Position numbers and translations under genes: made by a program. A stretch of DNA of 62,457 bases, filler included, from Hausera hauseri (taxonomy: Eukaryota): NCBI GenBank assembly GCA_046269625.1. It is 9 parts of 9 records of this genome, joined end to end, with 100 filler letters (N's around TTAATTAATTAA, not from the genome) between each part and the next. Parts side by side here need not be neighbours in the genome. Positions count along the whole stretch, not along the records: positions 39,998 to 48,842 come from JBJURY010523236.1; positions 48,943 to 57,828 come from JBJURY010511017.1; 7 more parts are not named here. One strand, 5' to 3'. Under the pieces are notes generated by a model that was not told where the DNA came from, searched no databases, and saw nothing but the letters and a program-made list of their open reading frames with translations. This document shows positions 40,040 to 50,039 of the stretch, one piece after another; position 1 is the stretch's first letter; each line of letters opens with the position of its first letter.

Positions 40040-40661
40040 ACTTTAACATCTTATAAATCTCCTGTAAATATTGGTAACGCTGGCTAGCCGTTAAAAGTCT
40101 CGGAATTCTATTTGGGTTGTTGGTCATCGACTGTTATCTTGAAGAAGGCTTCTGGTGCGGTTGGTCGATTTCTTCCTTGTACGATTTTCTCCATTCGCTC
40201 TGGGACTACTGGATGGGTGCTATTTCCCTAAGTCCGGCAATATTTGCATCGGATATCTCTAATAGCTCAATTTCCCTTTTTACATTGTATCCTGTTATCA
40301 TACAACCATAAAGACAATGGCTTAACTCTGAACGGGCCTGTAGAATATCTTTTCCATTTATCAGTTGTTCTTTCCTTAGACCAGTTACTTCCACATGTGA
40401 TTCCTGAACATATTTCCGAGGGTTTATAATGGATGCGTATAATTCAGTCCCATCTCTTTCTCGAATAGATACCTCGATCGGTATTCCATATCCATCGTCT
40501 CCTTTATCATAGATCGTGGCCAAGATCCTTATGTTGCGATTGTCTTGTACTAACCTATACGATTGCATATGTTCATCCTTTTCTGCCTCTGTTGGGGTTT
40601 GTTTGAACTGTAGAACTGGCAAGTCTAAGTTGCAGCTCTCTTTATAAGTCATTTCGAACAT
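40040..40661 (-). pseudogene. DEDDh 3'-5' exonuclease-like domain (REX4/ISG20/DnaQ fold) with degenerate catalytic positions
   Basis: IEVSIRERDGTELYASIINPRKYV....EVTGLRKEQLINGKDI...L...LYGCMITGYNVKRE..LL...LREI follows the DEDDh core pattern (V.I...G..L....V.P......TGI....L......L.G.ILVGHN...D). Confidence 0.7.
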
Positions 40662-41213
40662 CAGTTTAACCGGTAAGGCTTATACTCGGAATTCTAATCC
40701 ATAATCAGTAGCTTCTAAACCTTGTCCACTTATTCTAAACGTGCTAAATCGGTATTGGCGCCATTTGTTACAGTTCCATTGCTGGTTCTTTATTCTGTAG
40801 TAAACTTCTCCGTCGGCCAAATGAATAAATATATATTCCACTTGGGCAGTTCTATTCTGGATTAGTTCCTTAAGATTATACAATTTGGCATGATAGTTAT
40901 CGCGCATTACGTATAGCAGAACTGTGCGATTCCTTTCGGTGGTTCACTTTAAGTCGTTGGGTATTTCATTTACTTTTCGATATCCGACATATGTTTTTGT
41001 CCGCAGTGCATTGTTTATTCTTCGGTATATGGTTTTCGATATGGGGACCAAAACTGTTCCGTATGTCTGTAAGAAGTTGTCGATTCTAGGTCGGCTGCTC
41101 GTACTTACCACTCTGAAAGAAAATACAAAATAAGAGTCAATCCTAAAACAAAGCACTGTTCGAAATTTGAACCAATTCTTTGTTTGAAGGTAGAATAACT
41201 CGATCTGTAGTTG

Positions 41214-42460
41214 TCAGGTTACTCCATCATTAATTCCATCCTGTGGTACCATAACCCTTAATTCCTTATCATAGATTTTAGGGCGTTTATTATAGCAGTT
41301 TTTGGTTATCAATCGACAAAACGCAATTAAGATTATGAGAGTGAATATTGATGTTTCAATAATTGATATTAATGACAACGTTGTCCATTTAGTTAAATTT
41401 TCCATTTTGACGGTAGTCGTAGTCTCATCATCTGTTCTCTCAGCTGTTACCGCTTTCCTTACGACAATCTCGTTCAAGATTCGTATTGTAAACACTCTAC
41501 CTTGTTTGTTTTCTGCACCCATTTGTATTATATAATCTGTTTTGGGTTTCAACCCAACTCATTGGATTTGATAACTGCCTTTTTGCAGTGTTACCTTCTG
41601 ATTATCGTGTAATGTTCGGCAGCTTATTTCTACGTCGTAGTTAAGTGTTTCCTTCATAATGAAAGTTATTTCTGGTTGTTGTGCCCCATATTTTACAGGA
41701 ATTATTTCTAAATTCTTCTGGGACGATTTGTTCGTTGAAATGATTTTAATGAGTGTAGGAGTAGTGGACTTTGTTTCCGTATTTGTAATTCTACTCGTTG
41801 CCATTCCCAGTGAATTCTGCTCGATCGGATTTCTAAATCGGTAGCTTCCTAGATAAATACTCGACTAGTTTGGTTTGACTTCATAAAAGTCTAACTGAAT
41901 CTTATATTTATATTTCTGGGGTAATTTACAACATCTTTTCGGCTGCTCCACGTCGATTTGACAGTACTGTTGGTTGCGAGTTTGTATGTTTTCTTTCAGG
42001 AACTGGACCGTGATTACTTGACAGTTAATGAATTGTCCTTTTGTGTTTATTTGAAGACAATTGTCCTTTGGATTTTCCGTTATACTGGCGATATTTTCCT
42101 CCAGCATTCGCTTTACTGGGTCGACGGATTGGAGCATTGGGTTTTATCCCACGATGCCTGTTCCAAGCAGGGACGACTAATTTGAATTGTGGTTTTATTT
42201 CATAGATTTTAAATAATTTCGGTAGATATAGTCGATAGGTAAGGTTATAAGTGTGTCCGAAATCTGTATTGCAACATTGCGTATGCTCTCCAGGCTCAAA
42301 ATCACAATTCTTTGCTCCTTTTGTTATTACGTCATCTAGGACAATTTAAAATCTTCCAGAATTGTGATGTGATTTCTTTGCCATAAATTCAACGCATGTG
42401 GAGCTCGGCGAGTAATAATGAATTAGGACTAATTGTAATAACGTAATATCTTCTTCTATT
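41214..42460 (-). pseudogene. Post-integrase type-I membrane protein relic (signal-like segment, Cys-containing ectodomain, Thr-rich stalk, TM)
   Basis: ITLLQLVLIHYYSPSSTC; CDFEPGEHTQCC and CQIDVEQPKRCC motifs; TTTT stalk; LSLISIIETSIFTLIILIAFCRL followed by basic residues. Confidence 0.55.
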
Positions 42461-42699
42461 GTTGGGGTCTTTTCTGTTCTATTACCCTCTGGTTTGGATC
42501 CACTTTTCCGCGTTCCGTATACGTTCTTTAGTGTAGATCCGTCGTGCCACAATTGAGTTTGTGTTCTCGGAATATAAGATCAGTTAGCGATAACGCTAAA
42601 ACTATCTGAACGTATGATATCGGTCTGGTGATAATTGACGAAGTCTTGTTTTCTGGTTGTATTAGACTGTAATGTTTAGCTGGCCTTATATCCGTTTTA

Positions 42700-45600
42700 A
42701 CTACTCTTTAAATCGATACGACTTCCTCTTTTCCGTTTTTATTGACATAAACCGTGGTTGGTATTGTATGGATGATTTCATATAGTCCTCTTCCAGTACG
42801 CGTTAATTTCAAGGATGTACCTTTTTTCGCGACTGGGTAATGTATATAAACCCAATTTCCTTTTTCCAGATCACGAGGCTTAGCCTTTTTATCATACTGT
42901 TTTTTAATTTGCCCTTGATATTCAAATGACAATGTTTTTGCAAGGTTCCCAACATTTCTGCAATCTTATCTGTAAGACTTCCGCAAAGTTTTGCTCTAAA
43001 TCTTGGAGATTCTTTTCGTACGATGTCATACCTAGATCTGTGGGTAGGATCGCCTCTCGTCCGCACATCATAAAGAACGGTGTGAATCCTGTTGCTGAAT
43101 GTGGTGTCGTATTGATGGCGGAATTCGTCCCAATCCTTTTGGTCTTTTGCCACTACTGTTGATAATATCTGAATAACTGTTGCGTTCATTCGCTCGACCA
43201 TCCAATTACATTGGGGGTGATACGCGGTAGTAGTTAAGCGTTCGATTTCGAATATCTTGGTAATTTTTTCAAATAATTCGCTTGTGAAGTTCCTTCCTCT
43301 ATCTGTTAGGATTTGTTTCGGTGGTCCGTATCTGCAGACAATTTTTTTTACCACTGCGTCAGCTAAGGTTTCCGCTTTTTGATCCAATAGTGCCCCCAGT
43401 TCGACAAAATGCGTTAATCGATCAATGCATGTTAGAATATATCTGTTATTTTTGTGGGTTTTAGGCAACGGTCCTACTATATCCATAGACGTAGCTTGCA
43501 TGGGCCTATCTGGTACGTTTATGGACTCTAATTGTGCTATGTAGCCTTTCATTTTTTTTTGTTTTGTTGCGCAAACTTTGCATTCTTCCACCCAATTCTT
43601 TACATCAATATAGATACTTGGCCAGTAGAATTTGTTTAATATTTTTTCCAATGTCTTCTTCAAAGGCATGTGTCCGGTTAAGTACGAATCGTGTTCGGCC
43701 ATGAATACTTCAGTGCGTAATCCTTTTGGAGTAACTATTAGTCTTCTTCCTTTTCGCTCGTAGTATAAGATATTATCTTGGTTTGATGCGCGATATTTTT
43801 GCCCGTATCTCTGCAGGTGTTTCTTGAGTTGTCGTCCTTTTGGTATTTTGTCGTTTTGTATGAATTCTATAATTTGTTGAATAACCGTGTCTTTAGCCTG
43901 CTCGGCTGTAATTCTAATGGTCTTATCCGATATTAGAGTTCTTTGTCGTTCAATCAATTGTTCGAGTTGTAGCTTTTTTACTATGACGATGGCACTAGTC
44001 TTTGTCTTTAGTCTTGATAGGGCGTCGGCGTCGACGTGTTTATTACCCGGTTTGTATTTAAAATTCAATGTTATATCGTGAGATTTCCTTTATCCAACGG
44101 TTTAATCTACATGGTGGGTTATTACCTCGTCCTTTAATGTTGTAACTGCTTTATGGCCGGTCACTATTATAATCTTTTGTCCATAGACATAGACATTAAA
44201 GTGTCATATCGCTTCCTTTACAGCTAACGTTTCTAGTTAGGTAACCGAATAATTCTTTTCTGCCTTCTTTAACGAGAGCCCTGCATAGGCTATTGGGTGT
44301 TCTACTTCTTCGTCTTCTCGTTTCTGAGTTAATTTGTATCCTGTGCCTTCTTTACTTGCATTTGTTTTGATGATGAATGGTAAATTAAAATCTGGATATC
44401 TTAAAACTGGTTCGCTTGTCAAAATTTTCTTGATTTCGTCGAATGCTTTTTTTTTCACTTCTGTCTATCTCCACTTAATTCCTTTTTTAAGTAGGCGATA
44501 TAGTGGTGCGTTAATTTTCGAATTGTCCGGCACATAGGTGACATAATACCCACATAGGCCGAACCAATGTCTTAACTCTTTCTGGTTTTGCGGTTCCATG
44601 CAATCGGATATTTTATTTAGTAATAATTTATCTGGTTTAGATCCTCCTTCTCCGACTATATATCCGACGTATGATACTGCGTTCTGTGCCCATTTACATT
44701 TCTTTGGATTTTGTTTTAATCCTGCTTGTTCCAATCGCATGAGTGTATTTTTAATTTCATTTAAGTGTTCTTCTTCTGTTTCTGATGCTATCATCACGTC
44801 GTCTAAGTACGCGAATGCATGATCAAGTCCCATAAGCATTTTATTCATCATTCGATTAAAAATAGCTGGTCCTAAGGTGATGCCAAAAGGCACAACATTA
44901 AATTCGTATACACAATCGTGTGTTTTGAACCTTGTCTTATATCAATCCTCTTCTTTGATTTCCACTTGCCTGTATCCCGATTGTAAGTCGAGAGTGGTAA
45001 ACCATTTCGCTCCTGATGGTCTACCTAATGCCTCTTTTACCGATGGTAAGGGGAACGAGTCCTTCATCATAAGCGTATTTAAGGCCCGATAATCTATACA
45101 AAATCGATGTTTTGTAGTTCTTTTCTTTTTAACCATAAGTATAGGTGAGTACCATGATCGGTAGCTTTGCCGGATTATATCGGCCATCAAAATTCGCTCT
45201 ACCTCTTTATTTATCTCCGGTCTCAATGAATGAGGAGGCGGGTAACACTTGGGCATTTTCTGTTCTTCTAGATCGATCTCGTCATTTGAGCCTGGTATCT
45301 TCCTTAATGGAATTGTTAATCTCAGAGCCTTTGCTCTACCTATATCTTCTTTATTTGGCGCTATTATCGAACGGTATTTACACAATAATTCGTAGAACTT
45401 GCAATACGCTTTGGGAGAAAATTTGGTTTCAACATGAGATGGAAATTCAGCACACTTGTACGGTTTCTCTTTTATTGTCACTGCCGATACTCTACAAGTG
45501 TGACCTAAAGGAGTGTTAGCGTGCAATCGTACGGGAATTGTTGCATTGTTCACTAATCTGATAGGTATTCGTCCCGTCACTACTCTACATAAAATATTGC

Positions 45601-46900
45601 TAAACATAAGGTTTGGATCAGTATTCTCTTGAGGCTCGAAATATACCGGCAAATCCTCGTCCTGTCTAATCTGTGCGAAAATTATCATTTCGGTTCTAGG
45701 GGAATGTTTTCATCTACCGGAATCCATACTTCTCCCGATTTCCTTTCCTTTATCATGTTTGTCCCTTTTATTGGTTCGAGCTCAATTAATTTTCCATTAT
45801 GTACATCGATTGCCATACCTGGTATCTGTTTCAATATATCACAACCGTGGATTCGGACGCCACCACTATACACCTGCCACAAGTCAAATGATTTACGATA
45901 GTCCCTCAAACAAAGAATGTTTTCAATAATTTACATTTTCACGGAAGTTTACCAATTAACAATCTCGGAATACTAATTGCGATTATTGTTTACTCCAACG
46001 AAAATTATGAAATTATCAGTGGAGTTCTACATCGAATAATGATGAAATTAAATAACGACTGATTGACAGCTGCTGTGTTATCCAACAATTTTATTGACTC
46101 GAAATTAATAATCAACTAGTACAGTTTCACTGATGTACAGATTCAATAGAAAATTAAATTAATCTTTCTGTAAAAAATGGCACGAAAGATGACATGATTC
46201 CAGAATATCTAGCTGACTGTACGAATGTAATTTTATGGATGTTTTCGTTTACAATTTCTGTTATTTACAAATTTGGCGTAGAATGAGATAAAGAGATAAT
46301 CAACTACTGTGTAGATTCTCAAGAAGCTCGGAAATTACTTCATTGTGTCACTGGCTGTGTCTAATGTTTCGTCGATCCTACTCGTGATGCCTTTATATAT
46401 ATATGGACCGAAGTTCGATCAAATCCTCAGACTATGTATATTTATATGTATGTAAATTTGTAGATAGATATGTAAAAATCGATAATAATTGAATTTCTTG
46501 TAGTAAAGAAATAAACGTAATTGTTTACCGTTGCAATTACTTTTTGGAATTTACAACATTATTATTTACCGTTTCATATACTTTTTACCGTCTCATTGTT
46601 ACCGGAATTGTTCGTCTCATCGTTTTTGGATTATATCTAAATAAATTAACAACATCGTCTGTTAACTGATCCATTATCGCAAATTCGTGTTGAAGTGCTT
46701 GGCTCATCGTATAAACGGTAGGAGTCCATTTAAATTTCGGCTTTGATACTTGCCCAAATGCTCCTACGCTGCCTGGGTCTGATGATAATGGTGGACGCAA
46801 TTGTTCCCGTAGTGTAGTCGGTGTCGATTTGTATTTTATAAACGATTTTTCTTATCCTGTGTCGATTAAGGCGTATACTTCTCAGTCTTCAATGTATATT
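42700..46900 (-). pseudogene. pol: Ty3/gypsy pol (PR, linker, RT, RNase H, integrase); protease interrupted by an insertion
   Basis: LIDTG and IHGCDIL halves of retropepsin; YLDD at ~44798-44809; ADALSR; H-x6-H...CKVC; MDIVGPLP, TDRG and VERMN integrase motifs. Confidence 0.93.
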
Positions 46901-47433
46901 TTAGCGGACGGTCTGCCTTCTACTACTGTTCCAAAGCAATTTGATGCTGCCTTTGATTGTTTTGTGGTAGAGAATCTGTATCCATTTATTGTTATCTCTG
47001 GCAATGAGAGGACGTTTTCCCTTAACTGTCTTAATTCTCCGTTTGGGTATAAATTATTATTTACCATCTCCTGGGTGCGACTGTCAATGAGCGGTTCCTG
47101 GGGTAATGGACCCAAATTTGAGCATAGTTTTGGGTTTTCCCAGATCGTCGATTTCAATTCTATGTGACGCGGTATCCTTTTTGAAGATAATATCCCGTAC
47201 ACATTTTCCGTTGGTCCTTGATTGATAGCGTTTATTTTTCGTAGTACTCCATAATGTTTTGTTTTTTTCGTAAGGATCCTCGTAATTAATAGGTTTTTGA
47301 TAGATTTCGGACCTACACTATACTATCAATTTGCGGTCGCAGTCTTTATATATTGGTGCAGTTGGTTGCATGATATAAATAATGCGTTAATTACCGAGTA
47401 CATTTTGTGCATCTTCATTCTAGAATTCCCTTC

Positions 47434-48842
47434 TCATCCCTTAGGCTCGTCATCGTCCGAATCATCTTTTCGTATTATTGTCTTATTCTTACGTCTATAC
47501 AAAATCGAGGGTCTTTCTCGTCGTTTTCGGTTACAGTATCCAACATGACGGTCTATGTCGTTTTTCCAGTGGTTTTCTTCATAGGCCTTAAGCATCTTCC
47601 CAAAGTATGTGATAATTGCAGTCAAAATTTTGCAAGAAAATCCTGTTAACATGAATATTTCATATCCGTTGATGATGGCTTAGATTACTGCTTTAATTAG
47701 CTGGACTAAAAAGTAGATAGCTAAGAATCCAGATGCGGCTTGTCCAAAAATTAGAAACCTTCCCCAAATTTTGTACAGTATTTCTGAAGTTACTCTTTGA
47801 TCGTGATTGGCGCCGAGTAATGACTCCCATTTCGCTAGAAAGCGGGTGTCATCCATGACCATTGATATGGCTCAATTCATTTCATAAGTTCGCTGTCGTG
47901 GAAATGCTAAAAATTGCCTAAAAGCTTCTATGTCTTTTGGTCTGTAAATTCCTTTGTTAGCTGTATCTTCTAATTTATCTTCCGATAATCCTTTGATTAG
48001 ATTTGTCCCCGTTAGCATACTAGGGACTGCGGTAGTACCTCCGTTTGGTAGACTTATCCAGTCATTTCCACTGCGTCTAAACATTGGTTCGACTAAGCTT
48101 GTTTTGCATTCCTTCAATATTGTTGGTTCGGTGAAATTTGCCAATAATACTCTGGTGAGTGGCATCGCTAGTCTCGTCATATTCTCATAGATGACCGGTA
48201 ATTCTTGCATGCAACTTTTTTCTTCTATGTTGATCGGTACGTCTCTTTTCTCGCATTCGTAAGTTAATAGGACTTCTCCAGTAACTAGCCCGAAAACACC
48301 GTCTTTCATTGGAATAATTGGTGATGCCAATTCTGGATTGGCATAAATTAAAGCCAGTTTGGTTCTCATGACTTCAGTATCTAATCTGCAGTCATTTTTT
48401 ATCATTTTGTGATATAGTTCCGCTATTCCGGTCTGCACTTTGTAATAGAAATAGTCGTCTCGGTTTTTGGGGTAATCCTCAATCCGCAAATCTTGTGTTT
48501 TTAAATTATACGTTTTCATGTCGATTTCTGTTTCTGCTACAAAAATGCTTCGTAGTTAGTGGCATACATAACTACGTCGCAGCGTGATAACATATCTTTT
48601 CTACTACATTTTAACCCGTGTACATCTGATATTAATATCGTCGGTATGGATTGTTCTATTACATCTTCCCTTGATCCGGTAGTTTCATTAAACTTTAACT
48701 CTTTGATTTTGATAAAATTGCAATCCTTCTTGGAGGGTGGATTCCATACGATAACCGAACTTCGCAACGTGCAAGCACCATCATGAATGTGGCATTTCTG
48801 ATTTTCGGTGAATAGTTTGGTAACGCTATGAAACATCGCTTT
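47434..48842 (-). pseudogene. env: Chuvirus-like envelope glycoprotein C-terminal half with membrane anchor and tail, copy B
   Basis: CRLDTEVMRTKLAL...GVFGLVTGEVLLTYEC...CMQELPVIY...PLTRVL...C...PMF...W; then IWGRFLIFGQAASGFLAIYFLVQLIKAVI...INGYEIFMLTGFSCKILTAI, the typical chuvirus-G membrane region. Confidence 0.87.
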
Positions 48843-48989
48843 NNNNNNNNNNNNNNNNNNNNNNNNNNNNNNNNNNNNNNNNNNNNTTAATTAATTAANN
48901 NNNNNNNNNNNNNNNNNNNNNNNNNNNNNNNNNNNNNNNNNNTACAAGAAAAATAAAATCCACTCTTTGATAAATGGTCTAATGAAGCA

Positions 48990-49265
48990 AAAGCGTGCAG
49001 AAGAGTTCACATGGGTTATGTTCATATTCCTAAAGCGGAACTGCTTTTGTTATTGGTTGATGCCCATAATGAATGAGCAGATGTCATTCGAGTTAACAAT
49101 AGGAATTTATCTATCATACAAACAGTATCTCATACATTTGTCTCGAATAATGCTCCTGAGTTTTGTGCACAGATCTTCATTGAATGGTTCAATAGGATTG
49201 GATGTAAACATTACAAAACAACACCTCACCATTCACAGTCAAATGGAATTGTGGTAAGAATGGAC
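48990..49265 (+). mobile_element. Degenerate Ty3/gypsy integrase core fragment from a third family
   Basis: RVHM...LLLVDAHNE*AD...TFVSNNAPEF...WFNRIG.KHYKTTPHHSQSNGIVVRM. Confidence 0.7.
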
Positions 49266-49545
49266 CATGTGACAAAATAGAGGTGTTTCTAGTTGGAACC
49301 ATAAACAAGAAAACTTAAGTGGATATGCGGGTAAATTTGTATAAAGTTATAGAGCAATCCCAAATGAAAAAAAACTGAACGATTGGTTTGAAATCGGCAT
49401 TGAACATTAAAATTGAACATTTTTTTAACTGAGGTCATTCCAACGAAATTACACTCATCAATTATGAAAATTATGTAATCCATAATTTTGTATGTATGAA
49501 ACAATTACTCCATTCAAACTGTCAATTCAGATCGAAAATCTTTAC

Positions 49546-49835
49546 CTTCAAAATCATAACTTCTTCTGACGTCGCCTCATATTTCGCTTTCAACTCAGAA
49601 TATTTGTGATCTAATAATTCCAACGATTTATTTTGTTCATTTATAACGTCCCGGAGGGCTTCTATGCAATTATGAGTCTGATTAGAAATCAACAACGGCA
49701 AAAGAGAATTTCAAACCATTAAATTTTTCTTCGACATTATCACACCGCAGCCTTTCTGACAGATAATTGGTTTCATCGGATTGAATTCACATTCCCGAGA
49801 ATGAATCGCGAGATTTTCCAATTTAACAATCAAAG
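49546..49835 (-). pseudogene. RNF41: RNF41/Nrdp1-like E3 ligase, two internal exons (zinc finger and coiled coil; 39-bp intron 49678-49716)
   Basis: IVKLENLAIHSRECEFNPMKPIICQKGCGVIMSKKNLM|THNCIEALRDVINEQ...EL matches the Nrdp1 SIAH/TRAF-type finger; RING and C-terminal exons are absent. Confidence 0.75.
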
Positions 49836-50039
49836 CACCGACTTCTTCTCGATCGGTCGGAGAATTTCCGAATGCCGTTTTTTCATGAATTAAAAAGTTT
49901 ATCAGATGATGATTTGACTTAAAATCTAGACATTTGTTCAATTAATTTATCCTTTTTACCTAACTCATCCTGATAAGCTTTGATTTGTTCTTGTAGTTTG
50001 AAAAGATGCAACTGCTAGTTGGGGAACGGCGATTATGCA

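Larger units (their letters stand above)
39998..48842 (-). mobile_element. Decayed copy B of the large env-bearing Ty3/gypsy element: env, TM/tail, PR, linker, RT, RH, IN, membrane protein, exonuclease-like
   Basis: One strand, in order: glycoprotein 48842-47434; VYALIDTG at ~46855-46878; RFCIDYRALN, LDLQSGY and YLDD RT (45300-44465); RNase H (44458-44070); HHCC + D,D35E integrase (44068-42700); further coding relics to 40000. Confidence 0.92.

Noticed and set aside
34993-48842. Two env copies forming a large inverted repeat
   Set aside because: They lie on separate contigs; their relative orientation and adjacency are arbitrary.
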